Assembly: GCA_963836075.1 (NCBI GenBank)
Contig: CAWIIB010000009.1
Location: 2,400,001 to 2,464,000 of the forward strand
From: an uncultured Acidobacteriota bacterium
GTDB lineage: Bacteria > Acidobacteriota > JAQAZP01
Direction of reading: 5' to 3'
DNA length: 64,000 bases
The notes below the pieces were generated by a model. That model worked only from the letters and a program-made list of their open reading frames with translations. It was not told the DNA's origin and made no database searches. The position numbers were made by a program, and so were the translations under genes. This document shows positions 29,401-38,400 of the stretch, one piece after another (within the stretch, counting starts at the first letter, position 1; every line of letters begins with the position of its first letter).

Positions 29401-29500
29401 CACCTTCCTCACCCTGGTGGTGATCCCGGCGGTCTACCACGTGGTGCCCTCCCGGGTGCGGCCCCGCCGGGAGAATGGGGATGGGGGAGAGTCGTCATGA
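26408..29500 (+). CDS. RND efflux permease (AcrB/AcrD/AcrF family) subunit 1, multiply frameshifted in this sequence
   Basis: Successive frames give DLLPDISYP, EVENLITRPVEE, GMLVDNAIVVLESI, ATFESLVHPF, GIVVNNAIVLID, RLRPILMTT; ends at TGA 29500. Confidence 0.85.
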
Positions 29501-32500
29501 CCCTGCCCGAACTGGCCATCAAGCGACCGGTGACCACGCTGATGATCCTGGTCAGCATGGTGGTTCTCGGCGCGGTGGCCCTGGAGCGCCTGCCCCTGGC
29601 CTTCCTGCCCGACGTGGAGCAGCCCCAGCTCTTCGTCCGGTGCCCTACCCCAACGCCACCCCCGAGCAGATCGAGCGGCTGATCGTCCGCCCGCTGGAGG
29701 AGGTGCTCGGTTCGGTGAAGGGGGTCAAGGAGCATGTGGTCCAGCTGCGACGCCGACGGCGGGACGGGTGCGGCTGGAGTTCGAGTGGGGCCACGACATG
29801 AGCCTGGCCCGGGTCGAGGTGCAGGAGAAGATCGACCGGATCCGCCGCGACCTGCCGGACACATCGGCGACATCACCATCGGCGGCAGCTGGGGGATGCG
29901 GGACGCGGACTCCCCGGTGCTCGAAGGACGGCTCTCCTCGCCCCGCGACCTCAGCGAGAGCTACGACCTGCTGGAGCGGAAGATCGTCCGCCCGCTGGAG
30001 CGGATCCCCGGGGTGGCCCAGGTACGGCTGGACGGGGTCAACCCCAGGGAGGTGCGGATCAACCTGCGGGTGGACGACCTGGAGGCCCACGGCGTGGACG
30101 TGCGCGACGTGCTGCGCCTGCTGCGCGACTCGAACTTCGACCAGAGCCTGGGCGATGATCCGCGACCCGGAGCGGCGCTACACCCTGCGCACCCTGGGCA
30201 CCTTCACGTTCGCTGGAGGAGATCGCCAACCTGCCGCTGCGGGAGGACGGGCTGCGTCTCACCGACGTGGCCGACGTGGTCTACGAGGAGCCGCCGCTGG
30301 AGTACGGCCGGCACCTGGACGGCAACTTCGCCATCGGGGTCACGGTGACCGCACGAGGCGGCAGCCAACGCGGTGGCCATCTGCGACGAGGTGCGGGCCC
30401 GGGTGGACGCAGATGAACAGCGACCCCGAGCTGGAGGGGGTCAGCTTCCTCATCTGGTTCGACCAGGGCGACGAGATCCGCAACACCCTCGGCGACCTGA
30501 CCTTCACCGGCATCTTCGGCGCCATCCTCGCCTCCATCGTGCTCTTCGGCTTCCTGCGCCGCTTCAGCATGACCGTGGCGGCGGTGCTCTGCATCCCCTT
30601 TTCCATCATCGTGGCCTGCGGCATCATCTGGGCCCAGGGCAAGACCCTGAACACGCTTACCCTCCTCGGCCTGATCGTCGGTATCGGCATGCTGGTGGAC
30701 AATGCCGTGGTGGTGATGGAGAACATCTATCCGTCACCAGCAGGCCGGTCTGAGCCGTTTCGAGGCCGCCGCGGTGGGTTCGCGGGAGGTGGCCACCGCG
30801 GTGACCGCGGCCACCCTGACCTCGGTGATCGTCTTTTTGCCGCTGATCTTCAACAAGCCCAGCGAGATGAACATCTATCTCCGTGAACTGGGGATCACCG
30901 TCTGCCTCACCCTGCTGGCCTCGCTGTTCATCAGCCAGACCATGATCCCCCTGGCCACCTCGCGCTTCATCCGCACCCGCCAGCGGCCGCGCAGCAAGCT
31001 GATGGTGCGCATCGAGAAAGCCCACGAGCGGGTACTGGCCTTCAATCTCCGCCACCGCTGGCTCGACCCCGTTGATCGGTCTGGCGGTGGTCGGTTCGGC
31101 GGATCTACCCCTTCCTGCAGGTGGACAAGAACTTCGATGCCAACACTGCCGAGGTGTTCATCAGCTTGCGCTACGAGTTCAGCGAGCCGCTGAGCCTCGA
31201 CCGCAAGGAGCAGGCGATCTCCATGGTGGAGGAGATTCTCGAGCCGCACCGCGAGGAGATGCACGCCAGGCACATCTACAGCTTCTGGAGCGACCGCTGG
31301 TCCATGACCCGCATCTACATGGAGGAGGGCCACTCCAACGACCGGGCCATGGCCCTGGCCCGGGCCAAGCTGCGCGAGATTCTGCCCGACCTCCCCGGGG
31401 TCAACCTGATGGTGGAGGACCAGAGCGGCGGGCGTCACCGCCGCGGCGGCGGGGGCAAGTCCGTCGCCTTCCAGCTGGTGGGGGAGGACAGCGGGGTGCT
31501 CGTCCGAACTGGCCGAGGAGGCCAAGCTTCAGGCTACGGGAGATCCCCGGGCTGGTGGACCCCTGGGCCAGCAGCCAGTCGGGAGGGATGGAGCTCTTCG
31601 TCGACCTGGACCGCGAGCTGGCCTCGCTGCTACGGCGTACCGCTCAACCAGCCGGCCGAGGTGATCTCGCTGACCTACCGCGGCCGGCGGCTGCCAGCGC
31701 TACCGCACCGCGGACGGTGAGCGGGAGATGCGGCTGACCCTGGACGAGCAGGAGAACGAGAGCCTCTCCCAGCTGCGCAACCTGCCGCTGTGGACCGAGG
31801 AAGGGGAGAAGATCCCCCTGGCCTCGCTGGCCGATTTCCGCCTGGCCCCCGGGCCGGAGCGGATCCAGCGGGACAACCGGATGACCAGCGTCTGGGTCGG
31901 CGCCCGCTACGAGGAGGGCACCATCGACGACTACCTGCCCCGGGTCACCGCGGCCCTGGAGGCGATGGAGTTCCCCTACGGCTACAGCTACACCTTCCGC
32001 GATTTGCAGGAGCGGCGCAAGGAGAAGACCGAGGAGTTTCTGGTGGATCTCGGTCTGGCCCTGCTGCTGATCTTCGCGGTGATGGCCGGCCTCTTCGAGT
32101 CGGTGCGCCAGGCCCTGGGCCTGATGGTCGCCCTGCCCTTTGCCGCGGCCGGCGCCTTCTGGACCCTCTACCTCACCGGCGTCGATTTCGACCAGCCGGC
32201 GGCCATCGGCCTGCTGCTGCTCATCGGCGTGGTGGTGAACAACGGCATCGTGATGATCGAGCACATCAACATGTATCGCCGCCGGGGGATGCCGCGGTAC
32301 GAGGCGATGATCCGCGGCGGCCGCGAGCGGCTGCGCCCGATCCTGATGACCGCCATCACCACCCTGGTGGGCCTGGTGCCCATCGTGGTGCAGAAGCCGG
32401 CCCTGGCCGGGGTCTACTACTACTCCATGGCCCTGGTGATCATGGGCGGCCTGGTTGTCTCCACCTTCCTCACCTCGGTGCTGCTGCCCACCACCGCCTC

Positions 32501-32594
32501 CCTGGCCGAGGACGGCTTCGCCCTCATGGGACGGGGCATCGCCCGCACCTGGCGCTTCATCACCTTCCAGGGCCGCAAAGCCCGGCAGGTGTAA
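29497..32594 (+). CDS. RND efflux permease subunit 2, multiply frameshifted in this sequence
   Basis: ATG 29497 (ATGA overlap) MTLPELAIKRPV; pieces with GMLVDNAVVVMENI, GVVVNNGIVMIEH, RLRPILMTAITT; ends at TAA 32594. Confidence 0.85.
31768..31833 (+). repeat. 66-bp segment of RND permease 2 that is repeated at 33272-33337
   Basis: 58/66 identity by manual alignment (QLRNLPLWTEEGEKIPLASLA versus QPRSLPLWTVEGEKIPLASLA). Confidence 0.85.
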
Positions 32595-32890
32595 ACCCCG
32601 ACCATCCTTCCTGCCTCTGCTGGTGCTGCAGGTGCCGCCGCCCGGGGTGCACATGGTTCGCTATTTCGGCCACCGTTCATTTCTTCGGCCCAGGACCAGA
32701 TGATCCGCCGCATCCTCGAGCAACTTGGAATGTGCACAGTCGTCCCCCGGGCCCACGGGCCGCCGGAGTGGGCCGTGGAGTGCGGGCGGAATGATCGGAC
32801 CGTGCCCTCCCGGGAAGACGAGGAGTATTCGCAGGCGCCGCTATACCAGAATATGGTATTATCATGAAGCCCAACTGCAGGGAGGCGATC

Positions 32891-33145
32891 ATGGCCAAGA
32901 ACACATCATTCATTCTCGGTGAGCACTTTGACGCTTTTGTGGCAGAGCAGGTCAGCGCAGGTCGCTATGCCAACGCCACCGACGTGATCCGTTCGGGTCT
33001 GCGCTTGCTCGAGGAGCATGAGCAAAGGCTCGAGGTATTGCGCCAACTCCTTGTCGAAGGTGAGGAGAGCGGTGTTGCCGGCCCCCTGGATATGAAAAAG
33101 ATCAATAGGCAGGCGCGTGAAGAAGCGAGCAAAGTGCCGTCTTGA
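32891..33145 (+). CDS. parD: ParD family (RHH) antitoxin
   Basis: GGAGG RBS; MAKNTSFILGEHFDAFV..QVSAGRYANATDVIRSGLRLLEE, LVEGEESG. Confidence 0.9.
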   Translation: MAKNTSFILGEHFDAFVAEQVSAGRYANATDVIRSGLRLLEEHEQRLEVLRQLLVEGEESGVAGPLDMKKINRQAREEASKVPS

Positions 33146-33396
33146 TCCGTACGTTGCTGATCAGCAAACGTGCCGAGAATGATCTGCGGGAAATCTGGCG
33201 GTGGAGCTTCGAGCAGTTCGGTGAGGCCCAGGCCGACCGATATCTAGATGAGCTCGATAGCGAGTTCCAGGCCCAGCCGCGCAGCCTGCCCTTGTGGACC
33301 GTGGAGGGGGAGAAGATCCCCCTGGCCTCATTGGCCGGGGACGGGTTGGACCGGCAAGCGGTCGGTCCCTGGATAGCGCTGGTACGGCGCACTTGA
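33142..33396 (+). pseudogene. parE: ParE/RelE toxin truncated after about 43 codons and fused in frame to an RND permease fragment
   Basis: ISKRAENDLREIWRWSFEQFGEAQADRYLDEL is a ParE N-terminus; the rest is the RND-like copy and no ParE C-terminal motif is present. Confidence 0.75.
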
Positions 33397-33641
33397 GGGG
33401 TTATCCGTGCCGGTGCTTCTTATGAACGGCCATCTGCCCCAAGCCATGGTGTTCCTCTATTCTCCCGAAACCTGGAATGTGAGCAATCCCCGTCATTATT
33501 GACCGGAGTCATGGTTTGGGGCGTGATTGCAGCTTGCCCTTACGGGTAATTATCTTTATGTTTTTATCGGTACATGTAATCGTCCATCCACTGACTCGAA
33601 GATATCTTGAGTCATTACGGTTTTCAAATGGGGGTAGTAAA

Positions 33642-35126
33642 GTGAGATCCATATCCAGTCTTTTCTTTGTGGCGTTCGTTCTTTGTATTTTGCCACTGAC
33701 GACAGCTGACGCACGGTTATTTGATTCCGGAGCGGAACATGGGGTCGGTGATAGTCCTCTGTCGGTCGCCACCGGCGACCTGAATGGCGACGGACACTCG
33801 GACCTGGCTGTGGCAAATCATTGGAGTGACGATGTTTCAGTGCTGCTGGGCAATGGAGACGGCACCTTTCAGACCACCGTGAATTATGAGGTCGGTCAAT
33901 CTGCCGCTCCCATTGCTCTTGCCATCGGCGACCTCGATGGCGACGGCAACCAGGACCTGGCTGTGGCGAATCGCAACAGCAACGATGTTTCGGTGCTGCT
34001 GGGCAATGGCGACGGCACCTTTCAGGTCGCAGTGGGTTACGGAGCCGGTGACTATCCTCGCTCTCTTGCCATCGGCGACCTCGATGGCGACGGCAACCAG
34101 GACCTGGCTGTGGCGAATCGTAACAGCGACGATGTTTCGGTGCTGCTGGGCAATGGAGACGGCACCTTCCAGAGCGCAGTGGATTACGGAGCCGGTTACA
34201 ATCCTCGTTCTGTCGCCATCGGCGACCTCGATGGTGACGGCAACCCGGACCTGGTGACGGCGAACTATTTCGGCGACAATGTTTCGGTGCTGCTCGGACT
34301 CGGTGATGGCACGTTTCCAGGCGTGGTGAATTTTGAGGCCGGTGACAATCCCGCATCGGTGGCCATCGAAGATTTTAATGGGGATGATCACCTGGACCTG
34401 GCGGTGGCGAATTTTGGTGATCCATTGATCAACAGCGATGTATCAGTGCTGCTGGGCAATGGAGACGGTACCATGCAGGCTGCTCTGAATTGCGGGATCG
34501 CCAAAGGCCCCCAATCGGTCGCCGTCGGCTATCTGGACAGCGACGACATACCTGACCTGGCCGTGCTGGATCAGGGCAGCCAGGACGTGGCGGTGCTGCT
34601 GGGCAATGGAGACGGCACCTTCGAGGTGGAGAAGTATTACCCAATCGGCAGACTTCCGTATTCTGTAGCTCTCGGTGACCTGAATGGCGACAGCCATCCG
34701 GACATCGTCGCAACGAACGGGTTTGGGGATACCGTCTCGGTACTGACCAGCAGGGTGGTAACGGTTTCGGCAAAGTTACGCTGCACGCCCTCTTCCGGCA
34801 CGGTGCCATTCAATCTCACGGTCACAGCGAAACTGAGTAATAGCAACATTGAATATATCCGGCGCGCGGCCGCCCACATCGATGTCCTCACCGCCAGTGG
34901 CCTGAGCATCCCCAACTGGAAAGCCGGCCAGACCTCCATCCGTCCCCAGGAAACGCTGAGCTTCAATATTCCCCTGGCCGTGCCGGCCTTCCAGACGTTA
35001 ATCGGAGACAACCGCCTCACCCTGGTATCCGAGGACATCACTCCTGCCCCATACAACCAGCCACCCTTCCCACCATCCGGCGATACCGACACGGACTCCC
35101 GCACGGTGACGGCTATCGCACCGTGA
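33642..35126 (+). CDS. Secreted FG-GAP/VCBS-repeat beta-propeller protein with C-terminal PAPYNQPP domain
   Basis: GTG 33642 gives signal peptide MRSISSLFFVAFVLCILPLTTADA; seven GD(L/F)xGDGxxDLAVAN...VSVLLGNGDGTF-type repeats; C-terminal about 120 aa ending EDITPAPYNQPPFPPSGDTDTDSRTVTAIAP. Confidence 0.88.
   Translation: MRSISSLFFVAFVLCILPLTTADARLFDSGAEHGVGDSPLSVATGDLNGDGHSDLAVANHWSDDVSVLLGNGDGTFQTTVNYEVGQSAAPIALAIGDLDGDGNQDLAVANRNSNDVSVLLGNGDGTFQVAVGYGAGDYPRSLAIGDLDGDGNQDLAVANRNSDDVSVLLGNGDGTFQSAVDYGAGYNPRSVAIGDLDGDGNPDLVTANYFGDNVSVLLGLGDGTFPGVVNFEAGDNPASVAIEDFNGDDHLDLAVANFGDPLINSDVSVLLGNGDGTMQAALNCGIAKGPQSVAVGYLDSDDIPDLAVLDQGSQDVAVLLGNGDGTFEVEKYYPIGRLPYSVALGDLNGDSHPDIVATNGFGDTVSVLTSRVVTVSAKLRCTPSSGTVPFNLTVTAKLSNSNIEYIRRAAAHIDVLTASGLSIPNWKAGQTSIRPQETLSFNIPLAVPAFQTLIGDNRLTLVSEDITPAPYNQPPFPPSGDTDTDSRTVTAIAP
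33770..34745 (+). repeat. Intragenic tandem FG-GAP repeats (about 147-165 nt period)
   Basis: Units starting at 33916 and 34063 are nearly identical in DNA, 147 nt apart. Confidence 0.85.
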
Positions 35127-35252
35127 GTTGAAGGTGGCCCGGGGGGGGCAGGTACGATCCAGCCGCGCCCTCCCCGTTGCAGCACTGCATCATCCCACGA
35201 CGATCTCCACCTTTTTCACTTCCGCACTCCTGCCCACCACCGCTACCCTGGT

Positions 35253-35348
35253 GAGGACGTGACGCCTGCACCTTACAACCAGCCGCCGTATCCACCTTCC
35301 GGCTGGACGTGCACGAGCACCAACGTGGTCGTGGCCAATATTCCCTGA
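35253..35348 (+). pseudogene. Orphan 3' end of a PAPYNQPP-domain gene
   Basis: Translates as EDVTPAPYNQPPYPPSGWTCTSTNVVVANIP-stop, the same 96-nt length as 35031-35126, with no start codon or RBS recognised. Confidence 0.75.
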
Positions 35349-35485
35349 CCCTCTCGGGGACAGGCGGGCGGCCGCATCAGGGCGCTTGACCAGGGTATCG
35401 CTTTCTCCTAACCTTCACCGCAATACGCAGTTGGTCAGCTGGCGACAAGTTCGGAAATATCAATGTCTGAACAGAGTTCCGGTCA

Positions 35486-38400
35486 ATGAAGAAACAACTT
35501 CCAGCCACGTGCGCTCGCCGGGTTCTGGAGGTGCTTTGCCTGGCCAGCTATTTGCTCGGCCTGCTCTCCATTGTCACCAATGGCCTGGAGTTGAGTGTCG
35601 GTGGGGCGACACTCAGTATCCACAGTCCGGGTCGGCCGTTCATTCTGTCGATCATCTTCCTCGTCACCCGCCTGTGGATCGATCCACGGTTCAGGACGCG
35701 AATCAGGGAAAAAACAATCCGGGACCGGACAGCTGGAGGCCGTCAACATCCATGGACCGTCACCGCCGGCTTTCTGCTGCTGGCCGCCTTCCTGTTTTTC
35801 ATCTTTCAGGCCAGGTTCACTTCCGATGACTACTACTACTATGACTATCTACGCTCGCTGTTCTTCGATTCCGACCTGAGTTTCCTCAATGAACGGGCGA
35901 TCCATCACCCGTCATGGATCTGGATAACGGAAGGACAGTTGGTCCAGCCCACCGCCACCGGATACGTAAACAACGTGTTTGCCGCCGGGGCCAGTCTGCT
36001 CTGGCTGCCGTTTTTTCTGATCGGGCACGGATGCGCCATTCTCATCCAGGTGAACGGCGGCAAGCTGTTCCTCGATGGATATTCCGCCTCATATCTCTCC
36101 CTGCTCACTTGCGGCTCCATCGCCTACACCTTCTGCGGATTGATCCTGACTTATCGGATGTGCCGGGACCTGATCAGCGAGAAATGGGGATTTGCCGCCG
36201 TGCTGTTTATTTTTTTTGGCTCCCCACTGTTCTACTACACGTTCCATGATCCTTGCTTCAGTCACGGAATGTCCTTCTTTACTACCGCGCTCTTTATCAA
36301 TCTCTGGCTCAGGCAGCGCTCCCGCCCTGATCTGTGGGGCGCTGTTCTTCTCGGCCTGGCCGGAGGATTGATGACCCTCGTCCGCTGGCAAAACCTGTTG
36401 TTTTTTACCATCCCGGCACTGGACTGGTTGATGCTTGCCGGAAGTGAATTGAGGGACAGACGCAGTATGAAAAAGATCGTCAGAGCGACTTTTCATCAAC
36501 TCCTCTGTGCGCTTTTCGCCCTGATTGTCTTCCTGCCGCAGATGGTGATTTTCAAGATTCTTTCCGGGAGCTTTTTTGACCCGGGGAGCCGGGTGGCTCA
36601 CCATTTGACATCTCCAAAGGTTCTAAAAGTTCTTTTCTCCCCATGGCACGGACTCTTCAGCTGGTCACCGGTGCTCTTGATCGCCATGGTCGGGGTGGTC
36701 GCTCTGGCCTTCAAAAAACGCCGTCTCGGCACTCCGCTGCTTGTTGCGCTGTTCCTTCAGGTTTATATCAACGCCACGGTCACCGACTGGTGGGCCGGTG
36801 GCGGTTTCGGAATGCGACGGATGTGCGCCACGCTGCCCATATTCGCTCTCGGACTGACCCTGCTGCTCAAGGGTTTCGATTTCCGAAGACGACGCTGGGT
36901 CATGATCTGCGGCTGTCTGGCCGCAGTTGGCTGGAACTGTTTTCTGATCATTTTTCACCTGTCGGGGAGGGTGTTCACAACACCTGAAATCCATCTGGCC
37001 ATGTTCGCCCCTGAATTCTGGCCGCACTACGGTCAGTCAATACTCCGGATTTTCAGAACCGCGGCCTGTTCCTCCCCCTGGGCCTGGTCTTTCCTGCCGC
37101 TCTTCGTCGGAGTTCTGATTTTCCCCCTTCGCCTCATCTCAGGCGAGAAGAGACTGACCCGCAGCAGAACGAAAACGGCCATCACAATGGTGGCTGTGGT
37201 GGGCGCGGCACTTCTCACCCATCATCTGTGGTCCGCAGGGCACCGGGACAGGACAATCGAAGTACTGGAAATCGGCGACTCAGAACATTTCGGGAAACTG
37301 ATCCCATTCAAAATCGGAAGCCAGGCAGCATATCAAGGCGGGTACATGGAGTGGCGAGTAACGGATGAAGACCCGTTCCACGTCTTTTTAAGGGGAACTC
37401 CGTCACTGCCCATGGTCTCCATCATCTCCCATTGTGAATCGAAGACGGTTCTGGAAAAGGGCCGCACCTTGGCCACGGTCACCATCCTCGGCACGGGTGG
37501 AGAGAGAATTGTCTTTCCCCTGCGGCGGGGTTTTGAGACAGATTACTCCTGTGCGGAAAATTCTGGCCTCGGAGGTTCGCTACCCGCGGCTGCCTTGCCT
37601 GTACTCCAGACGAATAGCGAACAATGCAAGCAGGGCGCAATACGATTCGGCGCCCGGTTTCAGCTCCCGGCAGGGTTGGAATTAGGGAGTTTTTTCTTCG
37701 CCGGATCGGCGAACAATGCGGATGCTGCTCTCGTGCTGAGCGGCATCTGTTTTGAAGACCAGATGCAGGGGCACACTGTCGGCACTATGCACTACCCGGC
37801 CACTATTCACGTGCCCGCCGATCACCCAACGATCCAGGACGGAATAGACCGGGCCGTTCCCGGTGACACGGTGTTGGTCGCCGATGGAGTCTACGTGGGT
37901 GAGCGCAACAGAAACCTCGACGTGCGGGGGAAAGCAATCAGCATCGTTTCGGAGCATGGACCAGCCTCCTGCATCATTGATTGCCAGGGGCAGGGGCGAG
38001 GATTTCATTTCGACAGTAGCGAGGGTCGGGAGTCTCAGGTCCAAGGCTTCACCATCCGCGGGGGGAATCCCGATTCAGGAGAAGGCGGTGGGATTTACAT
38101 GCTGAAGGCCTCCCCCACGATCAAGGACTGTCTGATCCGCGGAAACCACGCCGAGACCTCTGGTGGCGGGATCTTCTGCTCCGCCTCCTCACCGCTGATC
38201 AGCGGCTGCCGAATCGAGGACAACCATGCAGGAACAAGCGGTGGCGGGCTCCTCTGCTCCCAATCCGCACCCAGAATAAGCGGCACGCTGTTCCGCAACA
38301 ACTCAGCGGAAAGTATCGGCGGTGCCGTGTTCTGTCTCAATAGCGCCCTGCCCTTGATCGAGGATAGCCGAGTGGAGCAGAACAGCGCCGGCGAGCAGGG

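Noticed and set aside
32738-32825. GC-rich potential stem-loop upstream of parD as an ncRNA or element end
   Set aside because: Pairing is imperfect, plausible by chance at this GC content, and no second copy or known RNA motif was recognised.
31768-33337. DGR-type template repeat for the RND segment
   Set aside because: The 8 mismatches involve all four bases, the segment is internal to the gene, and there is no RT.
33770-34745. CRISPR array
   Set aside because: The repeats are in-frame coding FG-GAP units with a period of about 147 nt or more, without unique spacers or cas genes.
35031-35348. Diversity-generating retroelement VR/TR pair at the end of the FG-GAP gene
   Set aside because: Mismatches are mostly synonymous third-position changes and are not restricted to adenines in either copy; no reverse transcriptase is present in the window.
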